A DNA stretch of 64,000 nt from assembly GCF_009914755.1 (NCBI RefSeq), contig NC_060926.1, one strand, 5' to 3'. Positions within the stretch are counted from its first letter, which is position 1. The number at the start of each line of letters is the position of its first letter. This stretch comes from the human T2T-CHM13v2.0 reference genome, Homo sapiens. Under the pieces are notes generated by a model, which saw only the letters and a program-made list of their open reading frames with translations, did no database searches and was not told where the DNA came from. Both the position numbers and the translations under genes were made by a program. Of this stretch, positions 29,289 to 51,078 are shown in pieces.

Positions 29289-30008
29289 GCAGGTTCAGGG
29301 ATTCAACTCAGACCCGCTGAATATGAAACTGGGGAAAGGTGGCAAGAGACTGAATTCTAAAAAAGAAACAACTCTAAATGAAAACTGTTAACACTCATTT
29401 TGCTTCTGAATTAGAGTCCCTCAACCCCCTCACTATGGTCTGCTGAAATTGAGGTGATTCTAGCACTAAATGAGAAATATTTATGTGTTCATCAGTTAGA
29501 ATTTGGGCAAATTTTTGTCTGGACTTCAAATTTTGCTATTTTTTTCCCCCAGTGATGATAATAAAATATACCGTATCTTATCTCCCATAATCAAATTAAA
29601 TCTTTTGAAAATGAAAGTTAAAACTTATAAACATTTTAGAAATGCAAGGGAATATTATGAAGTATCTTTATTCAGATCATCTAATTAACAGAATATGGAG
29701 GAAGATATTACTTCAATGTAATTCCTACCCATTTCTCTTGAAAAATAAACGCTGAGTTATCAGTGGTTTTATTCTGGAAAGCTTTGCTTTGTTTCTACCA
29801 CAACTAATGCTCTGCCTGTGTGGTGGGGCAATTCCTAGCATCCTCCTCTCTGTTGAATCATCTTCTTCTCTTACATGATCATGCATTGTACTTCTATGCA
29901 AGCTTTGCTCATATTTTCCAAGTGTAAGGAGAACCTGATAATGCAGAGGGCTCATTTTCTTGATTATGTCATTGTTGTTGACTCCTTCAGATGGAGAATA
30001 ATTAATGG

Positions 30009-30525
30009 TGTATACATATATATAATTTATATCACCACTATATATATAAATATAATTTATATATAATTTATATCACCATTATATATTTATATAAAATATA
30101 TAATATATAAAAATATATTATATATAAATATATAAAAATATATTATTTAAATATATAAATATATAAAAATATATTATTTAAATATATAAATATATAACAT
30201 ATATAAAGATTTATATATAAATATATTAAAATATATTATATATTTATATGTAAATATATAAAATATATGTAAATATATAATATAAAATATATATTTACAT
30301 ATAAATATATCAAAATATATTATATGTTTACATATAAATATATCAAAATATATGTTTACATATAAATATATCAAAATGTATGTTTACCTATAAATACATC
30401 AAAATATATGTTTACACATAAATATATCAAAATATATATTTACATATAAATATATCAAAATATATATAATGGTTATATTTATATATAAATATATATAAAG
30501 GTGATATAAATTATATATGTATACA
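30009..30525. repeat. AT-rich repeat with inverted termini
   Basis: Almost entirely A/T, internal units of about 30 bp, ends are reverse complements of each other. Confidence 0.9.
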
Positions 30526-30562
30526 ATTTTTATACAACTTTTTACAAGTTTTTAAAAATTAG

Positions 30563-30656
30563 GAATTAACCCACTTCCTCTTAGTAGGGAAGAGTAAGGA
30601 TGGGCCAATGTATTGCACCATTACTCAATGATGTGAGCTCTGCTGTATTATTGCAG
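30563..30656 (+). pseudogene. sGC-beta-like pseudo-exon B (H-NOX YxSxR region)
   Basis: After ttAG: E...VGKSKDGPM/LHHYS/LCCIIA-G with frameshifts vs EMNAPSFRVERGADGKMFLHYYSDRSGLCHIVP-G; 94 nt vs about 100 expected; donor decayed to GC. Confidence 0.75.
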
Positions 30657-30759
30657 GCGCTGCTGACTGTGAGGTACTATCACATTATTACTTCTGTTCT
30701 GTTATAGAACTCAGAGTCCTTCCTTATCAAGATTAATTGAAACATACAGCATGGCTGTA

Positions 30760-31280
30760 TAACTTAATTATTGCTACTGAACAAAGCACCCAAAATGTAG
30801 TGGCTTAAAAACAATGACTTATTATTTCTCATGTTTCTAAGGATTGACTTGGCAGGTTCTTCACTGGGTTTGCTTAGGTGCATTCATGCAATGGCCTTCA
30901 GCTGGAGGTCCCCGGGGCTTGAACTCCAGGATGGCCTCCCTCACACATCTGGGCAGTTGGTGCTGGCTGAGGTGCCTCAGTTCTCCTTCATGGTCTGGCA
31001 TCCTTCACTAGGCTAGACCACCTCTCTCACTTGGCTATTCCAGGACAGTTTTCCAAAAGACAAATGTGGAAGCTGCAAAGTCTCTTGAGACTGAGGGGCT
31101 GAGACTTGCATCACATCACTTCCAGCACATTCTATTGATTAAAGCAAGTTACAAACCCAGCTCAGATTCAGGAAGGTTGACGAATAGACTCTAATTCTGG
31201 ATGGGAGAATCAGCAAAGTCACACTGCAAAGGATGCAACGTCAGATGGGTGGAATTTCTGGCTTTTAAACGGTCTACCAC
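30760..31280 (-). mobile_element. MLT1 (F/H-like) LTR
   Basis: aaaatgtagtggcttaaaaacaa, tcacttccagcacattctattg. Confidence 0.7.
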
Positions 31281-31574
31281 AATGATGATACGATAGGTAG
31301 CATTATTCTTCACCAAACACCAAAGACCATTGCTAGAGTTGTGTGAAAGATTTACTTGGAACAAACAAATAAAAAGTCCAAATCTCAATAGAATCTAGTT
31401 TCAGCAATAACCATTTAAGCTACTTCATAGAGCAAATAAAAGGGGGACTCACAGGTTATTGCTTTTGAAGGATATGTTGTGTAATGCCTGCATATTATCT
31501 TTTAACAAGGGTAAAAGAGAAAAGGTGTACTCTCTTATGCAAACTCTTTTTGTATCTAATGTAGATTAAGACAG

Positions 31575-31755
31575 TCTTATTATGTGGTCCAGGGATGAGC
31601 AGCATCAGCATCACCTTACAGATTGTTAGACATAAAATTTTCAGGCTCCATCCAAGACCTACTGAATTACAATCTCTGGTGGTGGGGCCCAGAATCTGTA
31701 TTTTTAAAAAGTTTCCCAGGTAATTCTTACATGTACTAAAATTTGAGGAGTACTG
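31575..31755 (+). mobile_element. MER5A
   Basis: agcagcatcagcatcacc...agacctactgaatt...aatctgtattttt. Confidence 0.8.
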
Positions 31756-32269
31756 ATTCAGATCAGACACCCCTCCCCATTAGATAAATGTGCAAGATTA
31801 GAGATACTTTTCCCAATCTCTTCCTTTCTTCATACATTTAGAGTAAATCCAATAATTGATAAAATTGAATTCATGGTGTAGTCAGTTTTTCAAGAGGTTT
31901 GAATTCAAATAAATTATTGGTAATTGTTTTTAATATATTCTTATTTCTACTATATATTTGAGAAACCCATAATCAGAGATGATACAATGTTTGTACTGAT
32001 TTGGGATCAGGGACATCCCACAGGATTATTCCAACAGGATAGCTTAAAAACAGCCAGGAGTATGAGCTTTATGAACATATGGAGAGCTCTTCCTTTTCAA
32101 AGGCAAAATAAATATAACCTGGCAAAGCCCAACCAAATAGCATTATGCTTTTGAAAGGAACTTCATGGCAGGCAGCTGTTTGTATTCATTTTCTAAAGGA
32201 AAGGATTTAGGCTTACTCATAAAAATAAACATGGTATTATTATCTAGAGTCTTTGTGTATTTTTTGTAA

Positions 32270-32641
<372 letters not shown>

Positions 32642-33014
32642 TGACGTTCTTAGAAAAAATCATTTTTGCAAAGATAGATAATTATAAATAGCTTTAATGG
32701 TAATGGTGAATTTTATCAGAAAACTCTTCAAGGATTTTTCGATAATCAAGGTATGAGTATCCCCATTATTAAAATGAGGCAGTTTTCTCAGATTTATACT
32801 AAGTTTCCTAGAAATCATTGCAAGTTCCTGTGATGTTCATAGTAAGTTTCATCCCCAAACCTAGCATGATCTCGTAATTTTTCACTATTATCCAAAATTT
32901 GTAGGCTACTTTTACTCAAACTTGGAATTGTTGACAATTGTACCAGGTAGTGTACAGTTAATTTCCCTTCAGCAAACTGATAGTGTTTGAAAATAATTTT
33001 TGATTGTAACAAAG

Positions 33015-34240
<1,226 letters not shown>

Positions 34241-34249
34241 CAAAAAGAT

Positions 34250-34896
<647 letters not shown>

Positions 34897-34912
34897 TAGA
34901 ATATAAGTTTCA

Positions 34913-35225
<313 letters not shown>

Positions 35226-35727
35226 TCAAGAGAACATAGAACTTTGTTTTGTTTAGTATTTTTAATGAATGCATGTTTGAAAAGATTATAAAATTGACAT
35301 AAAATAAGAATGAACAAATTTACTCACAGCATAATATAACTTTTCCTATTAATAAGTCAAAGTATATTAAAAAGAATAGGCCAAATACTGGGTTAATCCT
35401 CCCTCTTGTTAGATAATAACAATCATCTTGTTTGGAAATCATGCATCCTTCATCCATCTAGTATTTGTTGAGAGCTCTTAGGTCCCAGGAAATAGGGAAA
35501 GAGTGGAGAACAGGATGGACACGGTGCCTGCTCTCTTGGGGCTTAGGTACTACTGGTGAAGGCAGAGAAAAACAGGTGAGCAGATCAAACGATTATGAAT
35601 TAGGAAAAGAGTTACAAAGTAAATAAGAAAAATGGTGGGAGGTACTCACTTCATATAGGTTGCTTGGGGCCAGCTTGCCTGATAAAGTGGCATTTAAGCT
35701 GAGATCTAAAAGGTAGGAATAAATTAG

Positions 35728-36122
35728 TGTATTAGTCCATTCTCACACTGCTGATAAGAACATCCCCTGAGACTGGATAATTTATAAAGGAAAGAGGTTT
35801 AATTGACTCACAGTTCGGCATGGCTGGGGAGGACTCAGGAAACTTACGATCATGGCAGAAGGGGAAACAAACATATCCTTCTTCACATGATGGCAGCAAG
35901 GAGAAGTGCAGAGTGAATGGAGAGCAAGGAGAAGGCAGAGGGTAAGCCCCTTATAAAATAATTAGATCTCATAAGAACTCACTCACCATCATGAGAATAG
36001 CATGGATGTAACGGCCCCCATGATTCGATTACCTCCCACTGGGTCCCTCCCATGACACGTGGAGATTATGGGAACTATAGTTCAAGATGAGATTTGGGTG
36101 GGGACACAGCTAAACCATATTA
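35728..36122 (-). mobile_element. THE1 (C/D-like) solo LTR inserted in L2
   Basis: tgtattagtccattctcac...gggacacagctaaaccata; L2 motifs flank it. Confidence 0.85.
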
Positions 36123-36514
36123 ACTAGCTACCTGAAAAGTGGAGGAGGAGAGTTCCCAGCAGAGGGAAAAGCTTGTATGAAGACTTGTTAAAGCCAGAAA
36201 CCTAAGAGTCCTTGTGATGCCCATCTAGCTATCAGCAGGTATTGTCAATTCTGTGTTCAAATCTACCTTCGCCTCTTACCTAGACTCCTTCCTACCTGGT
36301 CTACCTGCCTTCAGACTTACTTTTTCTCATTCCTTTCTATATAGTAGCAAAAAAAAAAAATCTTTGAAAATATAAAACAAAAGATTTTTTAAAAAATCAT
36401 TTGAAAGGCTTCCCACTATACTTTGAGGGGAACAAAAGCCCAATTTTTTTCATAGTCTGTGGCCTATTAAGTCCTATGCGTGTTATAACCTCTACCTGCC
36501 CTCAAATTCAGGTA

Positions 36515-36905
36515 GTTCCCCTATTTTACAGGTAGCTAAACTGTGGAACAAAGAGGTCAAGACACTCATCACAGGTAACATAGCTAGGGAGTAGCAGAGG
36601 CAGGATTGAAGTCTGGTAATGATTCCAGACTTTAGGAGTACAACTAAAGTTTCATTCCTCTTTATATGAGAAAGAATATTTAAACGCTGCCCTCAATGAG
36701 CCTAGCATTGTTTAATGGCTTAATAGACAGTAACTCTTTCAATCCTCAGAACAACCTTCTGAGGTAGGTATTACTGTCATTACCATTTTACAGAAGAGAA
36801 AAGCTATGTTCTCTATGTTTACAGAAGAGAAAAGCAATAAAAAGGAGAAACTGAGTTAGGCTCCAGGAAGTCTCACTCCAGAGGCCACACTCTTAACCAC
36901 TAAAT
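36515..36905 (-). mobile_element. Two MIR fragments
   Basis: ctattttacag and tttcaatcctcagaacaacc motifs. Confidence 0.6.
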
Positions 36906-37010
36906 TACCTATGTTGGTTGTATTACTAAATAAAGTGTAGGGAACAGTTTTGACTTTTTAATGGATATTTTTTAAATGAAAAGACAACACGTATAAAAGA
37001 AAGTGTAAAA

Positions 37011-37350
<340 letters not shown>

Positions 37351-37546
37351 TTATCAAAGTGGACAAATCCATGAGCACTGCTCTGGTCAAGCAGTAGAAC
37401 GTTATAGAGGCCAGCAGCCCACCCCATGCCCCTCCTAGTCACTGCCCCTCCCTCCTGCTCACAGGTAATCACTCTCCCGACTTCTAAAACTGTAGCCGAG
37501 TTTTGTCTGTTTTTGACTTACTATAAATGGAAAGATAAAATTTGCC

Positions 37547-37828
37547 TTTTTTTTTTTTTTTTGAGACGGCGTCTGGCTTTGCCACCCAGGCTGGAGTGAG
37601 TGGCACGATCTCGGCTCACTGCAGGCTCCGCCTCCTGGGTTCCCATCATTCTCCTGCCTCAGCCTCCGGAGTAGCTGGTACTACAGGCGCCCATCACCAC
37701 GCCCAGCTAATTTTTTGTATTTTTAGTAGAGATGGGGTTTCACAATGTTAGACAGGATGGTCTCGATCTGCTGACCTCGTGGCCTCCCAAGTGATGGGAT
37801 TACAGGCGTGAGCCACCACGCCCGGGCC
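37547..37828 (-). mobile_element. AluY-like
   Basis: Antisense dimer with small deletions. Confidence 0.9.
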
Positions 37829-37864
37829 AAAATTTTCCTTTTTTTAGGACAAAAGTGTGTCCTG

Positions 37865-38223
<359 letters not shown>

Positions 38224-38350
38224 TCATTCAGTGGGAATTAGAACAACCTAGTGGAAATTGCCTCTAAATGCTGAGGAGAAACCACTGTGCCCGTGCAGTG
38301 TACTATAGGGCTGAGCTTGGAATAAACTTCCCTGGATTTGCCAGTGACAG

Positions 38351-38523
38351 GTGGTACAGTCAGCCTGGAAAATAAATGAAAATGAGGTAAAAATGAAATT
38401 TTGAAGGAGGCATCTCGAGAATGCATGAACAGAACTGGAAAAAAATGCCACATGGAATTAATAATGTGGGAAAATGAGAGGTTAACTCTCTACCAAGGAC
38501 AAATTGTAATGGGCAATTGCAAG
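38351..38523 (+). pseudogene. sGC-beta-like pseudo-exon C (H-NOX C-terminus)
   Basis: gacAG|...NEVKM/ILKEASRECMNRTGKKCHMELIMWE...GNCK|GTAAGA vs DIDVIMDILDMNEEVERTGKKEHVVFLIVQ; RTGKKxH motif, strong donor, at least one frameshift. Confidence 0.75.
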
Positions 38524-39250
38524 GTAAGACATTTATGGAAAGATCACTTGTTTACTTGTGATGTTTGGGAAGTGAGGAACCATTTGGAGTGGCTCTGTCT
38601 TTTATCCATTTGCAGAAACCACAGGGGTAAGCTCTTAAAAGCCAATAATATGAAAGAGAAACTATATAATATAGCATGGCTTACGTGATGCAATAAAAAA
38701 GATTAAGGGGTTGCACAAGCTTGCAATTGTCAGTTAATCACTAGCTGCATGAGTGATGAAAGGGACTTTATAATCCAACGCCTGCAGTTTATAGAGACCC
38801 AGCCTTGTTAAGTGAACAGAGGCACAGTTAACCAGGGCACGCCCTGAGAAGGGACAGGGTTGGGGCTACAGCCTTGGTATTGGGAAGGTTCAGTTCTTCA
38901 CCCTATATTGAACTTTCTTATGAGGTCAAGATGTGTAGATGAAGGTTCTGGTCTGAGATCTTAAAAAGGTAAGCTAAAATCTTATTCTGGGGTGATTTTG
39001 CCTACTATTTATTCTCCCTCGTGAAAGATCAAGGGGCCCTGGTAGTAGGAAAATAGCTTCTGTGGGTTTGGGGATGGGATGACTACTTGCACCTGGAATG
39101 TAAATTATTCTTCCATTTCCCTGTAGACTTTACTCTCGGTTCTTTGAAAATTGCCTCCATCTCACCCTTCAACCTTTCCTAAAACTGGACCTAATTTTTC
39201 TCCATTTAGCACTTAATGGATTTTTTTCCTCAAAACTTATTACAGTAGTA

Positions 39251-39607
<357 letters not shown>

Positions 39608-39747
39608 TAAATCTCTTGCTTCGTTAGGAAATCTCTTTGTCTGTGTCCCCAGCTATACTCTAAAATCCAGCCAGTCAGGGACCAGTCTGTCCAGTTCACT
39701 GCAGTAATCCCTGTGTGGCTGCAGCACTTCACCCATAGTGAGTGCTA

Positions 39748-40064
<317 letters not shown>

Positions 40065-40159
40065 GATTTCCTGAATAAATGAAATGGCCTTTCTGAAAAG
40101 GATAGGTGACCACCGTATGTCCCTGAATGTCTGGCTCTAGTACAGGCAAATTGCTGTTA

Positions 40160-40543
<384 letters not shown>

Positions 40544-40703
40544 TCAGCAGTTTTGAGTATTCTTGGTACTTTTAGCTATCTGTATATGGCCCCTCAGTTT
40601 GGAAAGCAAGAGAAGCTGTGGAGGATAACACACCTGAGTCCTCTCATTGAATCCTTCTTAAAATCTGTCTAGTCCCAAAAGTGTAGGTTCTTCCAATGTG
40701 TTC

Positions 40704-40745
40704 AAAATCTGGCATGTTTTGCTGAGTGGGTTCATCTTGGGGAAA
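40704..40745 (+). pseudogene. Candidate sGC-beta-like linker pseudo-exon 3' end
   Basis: WHVLLSGFILGK in register with WDVVRSIVMFGK and in the expected order; short, with no intact donor. Confidence 0.3.
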
Positions 40746-41149
40746 CTTAGTGGTCCACTTCAGTGGAATTTTGTTTGTATTTCCCGGGATTTTGTTTTTA
40801 TTTTTTGAATCAAAGTGAACTTGAGATGCCTCTAGAGCTTCCTCACTGGCCTGGAAATTCTCGGGGACACATGCAATTATTGAGGATCCTCCAACCTAGA
40901 GTCAGTCTGCAATTAGATCTTCTATAGCAGATATCATCAAGCCCAGAGAGCCCTGTGCTCTCTCCTCCTTGTCCAGACCAATGTGTGGAGAATGGAGGAA
41001 GAATTATTTTAAGATGGATACATGTATGGCCATGATTTTTGTGGCTTGGGAGGCAGCATCAAATAGTGGCTAGTTCCACAGGAGTCAGACTGCCTGAATT
41101 CAAACCCTGTCTGTGTTACTTAGTGTCAGTATGACTTTGGGAAAGTGAT

Positions 41150-42233
<1,084 letters not shown>

Positions 42234-43456
42234 ATTGACTTTTCCTATCTGAGAATTGCCTATCAATATTGGTGTTTGAATTTTTATTTCCTGGGGTTAA
42301 ATTTCCTGCCCTTAAAAGTCCCTTCCTACCCAAATTTCTAAGACCAAAATGCATTTCTGTTGCTCAAATGTGGTGAGAAGTTGCCTGGCAAACAGTGTAC
42401 ATGGATAGTGTCCTTAGCTGGAAAACTCCTATGTTCTGGTTTAGCATGGCTTATAGTCATCAAAGAAGCAATATTGCCTCTAGTGAAAGATATTTGGCAC
42501 AATATCCAGCCCCAGGGGTATGCTACAACCCAGATGGCTGAGATCTCTAGCAGGACAGCAGGTGCACATGCAGGCAAGCAGGATTACTCTGAAATAGGGC
42601 TAGAGGCATAATTTTTCATTTTATATTATTTTCTGAGCTTAATCCACAGAGTTATTTCTCCTCAAGGGAATGTGATAATACACGTTGGCAAAATAGTGCA
42701 AATGTAACTGAGACCATATGGTGGAGTATTTATTTTCTTATTAGGCAAATACGACTAATCTATTATACATAGTAAGTATCTGTTGTGAATATATTTTAAT
42801 GTGAACAAAGCAATAGCTAAACTACCATTAAAAATAAGGTTGACACCATTTTTTGCATCTATTTTCATTTATTTTACCACCATCTAATATTTTTGCATTT
42901 TAAAAACATTTAAATCTAATGAACTTTTCAATTCAATTGCAATTTTTGGCTGAAATATCAATATAAAAACCTTCAAGATTGAGATAATGATTTATGTCTT
43001 GGCTCATTTATCCAATTAAAAGTCAAAGTGAGGTACAAATTAAATGATCCATATTATCAAATAACAGTTAACAGTCTCTGGGACGAGATATGAGAAGGGA
43101 CATGAGACAATCACAGATTAATTGGTTCTTAGGCATCATAACATTTTTACGTATTGAATTACACTTTACGTAGATTTTGCATATGTCCTTCAACTGAATC
43201 AAAACATAAGTTGGGGAAGTTGATTTACTCCTAAAGGGACTGGTTTTTTATGTTAGACTACTGAGTGAGCTATGAATTAACTTTTAATAGTTTGAATTCT
43301 GTTTGGCTTCTGTTTTGATGAATTACTTCATCAAGCTTGACATTCTGAGGGTTTTTATGAAGATTTCTGCCTGGTATTTTTCTTTTCTCTTTGAAAAACT
43401 TTATTTTTTTGTTGAGGTATAATTTACACAGAGTAAAATGCATATATCTTAAGCAC

Positions 43457-44527
<1,071 letters not shown>

Positions 44528-44544
44528 ACAGCAAAATAAATTTT

Positions 44545-44865
44545 TTGGGTGAGAGGGACAGATCCCTCATGAATGGCTCGGTACCCTCCTCACAGTAATG
44601 AGTTAGTTCTCACCCTGAGTTCACACGAGAGCTGGTTGTTTAAAGGCGCCTGGCACTTCCTCCTTGCTCTTTTGCTTCTTCCCTCTCCATGTCGTACCCT
44701 GGCTCTCCTTTTGCCTTCCGCTATGAGTGGAAACTTCCTGAGGCTCTCACCAGAAACCAAAGAGATGTTGGTGCCATGCTTGTACAGCCTGTGGAAACAT
44801 AAGCCAAAATAAACCTGTTTTTTAAATTCATTACCCAGTCTTAGGTATTCCTTTATAGCAATGCA
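44545..44865 (+). mobile_element. MSTB-like LTR
   Basis: gatccctcatgaatggct...cctttatagcaatgcaa. Confidence 0.75.
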
Positions 44866-44869
44866 ATCA

Positions 44870-45330
44870 GATTTATATCATGTAAAACATTTTAACCACC
44901 CTAGAAAGTTCTCTTATGCCTTTTCCCAGTCAATATCACCCATTAGAGGTATCCATTATTCTGACTTCTGTCTTCATAGATTAGTCTCTCCTCTACCTGA
45001 TCTTCTTATAAATAGAATCATACCGTATGCTCTTTTGTATCTGGCTTCTTTCTTTTCACATAATGTTTTTGAAATTCATCTATCAACATCATTTTTATTG
45101 CTATGTGGTATTCCATTGTATGGATATATCACAATTTATTTGTTTGCTCTATTTCTTTGTTTCTAGCTTTGTCTATTACTAATAATGCTCTTTGAACATT
45201 CTTACGCAAGGCTTTTTATGGACACATGCACTTACTTCTCTTGGAGATGTACTAGGCATAGAATTGCTTGGTCATAGATAGGTTTATATTTAGTAAAAAG
45301 TGCCAAGGTTCTTTCAAGTGGTTGTAATAT
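44870..45330 (-). mobile_element. L1ME fragment
   Basis: Antisense L1M 3'UTR motifs. Confidence 0.7.
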
Positions 45331-45335
45331 TGCAG

Positions 45336-45438
45336 AATAATTTTGCAAAGCTTTGACCCAGATGTACAAAATCTTTGTGGAAGGACTTAAAAATGTTCTG
45401 TAGTGGGCTCCCTTCTCTCATGATTATTGATGAAAAGG
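45336..45438 (+). pseudogene. sGC-beta-like pseudo-exon D (start of PAS/H-NOBA)
   Basis: tgcAG|...LQSFDP../KSLWKDLKMFCSGLPSLMIIDEK g|GT vs LMNTFEPIYPERLWIEEKTFCNAFPFHIVFDES; contains a frameshift. Confidence 0.7.
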
Positions 45439-45669
45439 GTGTGTTTTGTGGCACCATATTGTACAAGGCTTATTACCAGGTGCTTGGAGAAGAGCAAAGA
45501 GCTAGCTGAGACAGTGGCTGGGACTCTGTGCTTTGGACTTTAATCTGCCACTTCAAGTACATATTCAACTCTGTTCCATTAACCTGTCAGCATCAAAAGC
45601 TGATGTTATGAAACTTAACTTAGCACTATTACTATGTTAATAATTATTTGGGGAAAAAATTGAAGGACA

Positions 45670-46190
<521 letters not shown>

Positions 46191-46278
46191 AAAAATTTTA
46201 AAGTTCATAAATACTCTAGTCCCCAGCCTCCCATCATCCTTGTCATTTATGTTTCTGTTGATGATGAGATGACAAATG

Positions 46279-47561
46279 CAGTTGATCCTTATTATTCATG
46301 GATTTTGTAGTTGTGAATTCACCTACTCACTAACATTTATTTGAACCCCCAAAATCAATACTTGTTGCACTTTCGTAGTCATTTGTGGACGCATGCAGCA
46401 TGGTGAAAAATTTGAGTCTTCCTAAAACTGATGCTCTGCCTTCTGCATTCTTCTTTTACTTTTTTTGTTTACAAATCCACTTATTTAGGTTTATGAAAAC
46501 CATTGATGACAATGATTTTTAGTTTTCGATGGATGGGTTTTCTTTTCTTTTTCTTTTTCTTTTTTTTTTTGAGATGGAGTCTTCCTCTGTCACCCAGCAT
46601 AGTTTTTCTTTTTATAACTTTTAAAAATTGGCCAGGCACAGTGGCTCACATCTGTAATCCCAGCACTTTGGGAGGCCGAGGTGGGTGGATCACCTGAGAT
46701 CAGGTGTTTGAGACCATCCTGGCCAACATGGTGAAACCCTGTCCCTGCTAAAAATACAAAAATTAGCCTGTCATGGTGGTGGGCACCTGTAATCCCAGCT
46801 ACTCAGGAGGCTGAGGCAGGAGAATCACTTGAACCCAGTAAGCGGAGGTTGTAGTGAGCCGAGATTGTGCCATTGCACTCCAGCCTGGGAAGCAGAGTGG
46901 GACTCCATCTCAAAAACAAACAAACAAACAAAAACTTTTAAAAATTAACAGATACAAAATGTGTATATTTATACACAAAGCACCACATGGTGTTTTGATA
47001 TATGTATTCATTGTAGAATGGCTAAATCAAGCTAATTAATATATGTATTGCCTTGTATACTTTTTTTTTTGTCATGAAAACACAAAATCTACTCTTTTGG
47101 CAATTTTGTTTCAGCTCTCTTGTTGCAAACAAGTATTGTTCTCACCGTCTTAGTACCACATTTTTTTTTTGAATTTTTCTTCTTTTTGTTGGTGATTTTG
47201 CCCTTTAAAATGTCCACAGCCATAGGGATGAAGGGCTGTCTAGTGTTTCTAAGTGCAAGAGGGCTGTGACATACCTGCCAGAGAAAATACAAGTGTTTGA
47301 TAAGCTTCTTTCAGACATGAGTTATAATGTTGTTGTCAGTGAGTTTAATGTTAATGAATCCCAATATATATTAAATAAAGTGTTTTTAAGCAGAAGCACA
47401 CATACAACAAGCTTCTCTATGGATCAGTTGATGAAATGGATACCAGAGGCTCACAGGATCCTAACCCTGTGTTTCCCTCAAGGTGATGGTTCAGTATTCA
47501 CTAATTCATTGTTCACAGTGGCTTTATAGAACATAACCACAGTTAATAACGAGAACCAGCT
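46279..47561 (+). mobile_element. MER82 (Tigger-type) interrupted by Alu/L1 fragments (about 46445-47105)
   Basis: cagttgatccttattattc start, aataacgagaaccagctg end, transposase N-terminal relic. Confidence 0.8.
46630..46930 (+). mobile_element. AluS
   Basis: TSD aacttttaaaaatt. Confidence 0.95.
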
Positions 47562-48024
47562 GTCTGTGGAACATCATCCCTCACTTCCACTGACATCCCT
47601 GAGAAATTCCCGATGTTAAATCCATTAAACCAACATAGAAACCTGTTGAGAGTTCCCACTGATCTTCTAAGGGGATTTTTGTAGGTTCATAGCCAAGTTT
47701 CGTGCGAGCCCATCCTGATCTCTTTTAGGTTCTAGACATACAGCTTCATATTTACTCTTATATCTGTCTTTTCTGCTAAAATAGATAACAAGTTTGTAGC
47801 AACAGTTATAGACTTATAGAATGTCAGTGATGAGAAGTCCCTCAGTTGTAGCAGTCCACATCCCTCTTTCACAGATGGGAAATTTGAGGCCCAGCCAGGT
47901 GGAGGGATTGCCATGACCTGGAATTCTGTTCATTCTGCTGTCTTCTATTTAATAAATATGAGTTGATCTGAGGAGAGAAGATGGCAATAATAACAATATG
48001 TGAAATCTATTAGAAATTAACATA

Positions 48025-48385
<361 letters not shown>

Positions 48386-48789
48386 CTATATTGTCAGCCT
48401 CATATATATTTTAGTGATAACCATAAATTAAAAAAAATTGTTTCTCAGATAACTTAGAACTCTATCATTGCAAGTCAAGGTTCCAACTAAGTGGTAGTGT
48501 CATACTATAGAGAAATCTTTTAACTAGAGGATAGTCAAATCACGGTGTCTCCGTGTGACACTGAATTTTTGAAAAGTTGTTATATACAGTGTAGCTAAAG
48601 GAACACTTGTGGGAAGCAAAGCTCTGTTTACTGACATGATGAACACGGAACTGAATTCTTTTGTCACCTGTCCAGAGTGAGGCAGACATCCTGAAGTAAT
48701 TTCCTCTATATCTGAAATTCAGAGGTTTGTTAATTACCAATATTTTAATTTATATTATATGTATATGATAACACTATATATACACATTT

Positions 48790-49291
<502 letters not shown>

Positions 49292-49301
49292 ACTGAGAGA
49301 A

Positions 49302-50004
49302 GGTTGATGCTAGAGTCTGGAGAGAAGCAACCCAGCCAAAACTGAGAGTCCCTGGAGTGTGTGACCTCTGTAGCTATTCACGCATGAAGATGATGCCACT
49401 GGCTTACTCTGTCAGCACATCAGAAGCTCTGGGTTGTTTTTCTGTGAAATCAGTAACATTCCCCACTGATTATAAAAGTTCACTGTGGAAAATCTGGGAG
49501 ATAAAGAAAAGGGTGAAGAAGAAAATAATTTACTCATAATTCTACCTTTCAGAGATGAGCACTTTGGGGATTTGATCTTTTTATCCTTTGTGCATATATA
49601 CTCATAGACATTAGTTGTGTTTTTTAAAATAACAAAATAGTGTTACATGCTTTACTTTGTACCATTTCAGTTTAATATGTCATGTGAACATTTCCATGTA
49701 TTTCCACATATTCATGAAATATTCTCCAAAAACTATAAAATCATACCCCCAAATTTTTGGGCAGGAAGGCTACATTTTTGCTCTTGTAAAATAACACCAC
49801 AATGAGTATCTGTGTACATTTTTTTTTTTTTTTTGCTTTTGCATAGCTCTGATTGCCGCCTCAGGATAAATTCCTAGACCTGTAATTACAGGGTTAAAGG
49901 GTGTGGGGAATTTTTCTGGTATTGGCAGAGGTTTCTCTGGGCCCATTATAATCATAGGGCCTTTTGTTGTGGATGACTGGAGGGAAGGGAAGTTGTCCCC
50001 GCTG
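49302..50004 (+). pseudogene. Candidate sGC-beta-like PAS/coiled-coil pseudo-exon split by L1ME
   Basis: Left part has PKLR/SLE, DAT and EISN at near-expected spacing; right part 49960-50004 reads PFVVDDWREGK/VPA vs PKHVANQLREGKKVAA. Confidence 0.4.
49465..49940 (-). mobile_element. L1ME fragment
   Basis: attataaaag...ggaaaat, ggataaattcctaga...gggttaaagggt motifs. Confidence 0.65.
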
Positions 50005-50389
50005 TGGTGATGGCTACTGAATTAAAGGCTCTGAATCTATCACTGGGGTCAAGTCCAATATCCAGCTTTGATAGAATAGCTTCTGTCTCTAGCCATTCTC
50101 CTGGAGGTGGGTACCTGGAGTTAAAATTTTGCCTTTTAAATTGAATCTGCCAATCATGACTTTTTATGACTAAAGCTGATATTTTGATGAAAAAAGATAA
50201 CATTGTCCGGAAAAACTGTTTGAATATTTAAAATGAGAACAATACATTTTTGAGATTGTTTCTCTTTTAAGATTTTCTCAAAGCCAGAAAATTCAAGCAT
50301 ATAGAGACTAAGCCCAGTTTCCTTTCAGGATATTTTTAACAGTATTTACAAGGGGATCAGGCACACTGGCCTTAAAAGACCTTTAAGCC

Positions 50390-51039
<650 letters not shown>

Positions 51040-51074
51040 CTATAAATATTACATAGAGAAGTGATTTGGCTTTT

Positions 51075-51078
<4 letters not shown>

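Noticed and set aside
31455-31550. KD..IL..N.GKREKVYSLMQ as the RTGKKEH exon
   Set aside because: It needs large deletions; 38351-38523 is a much better match with a proper donor.
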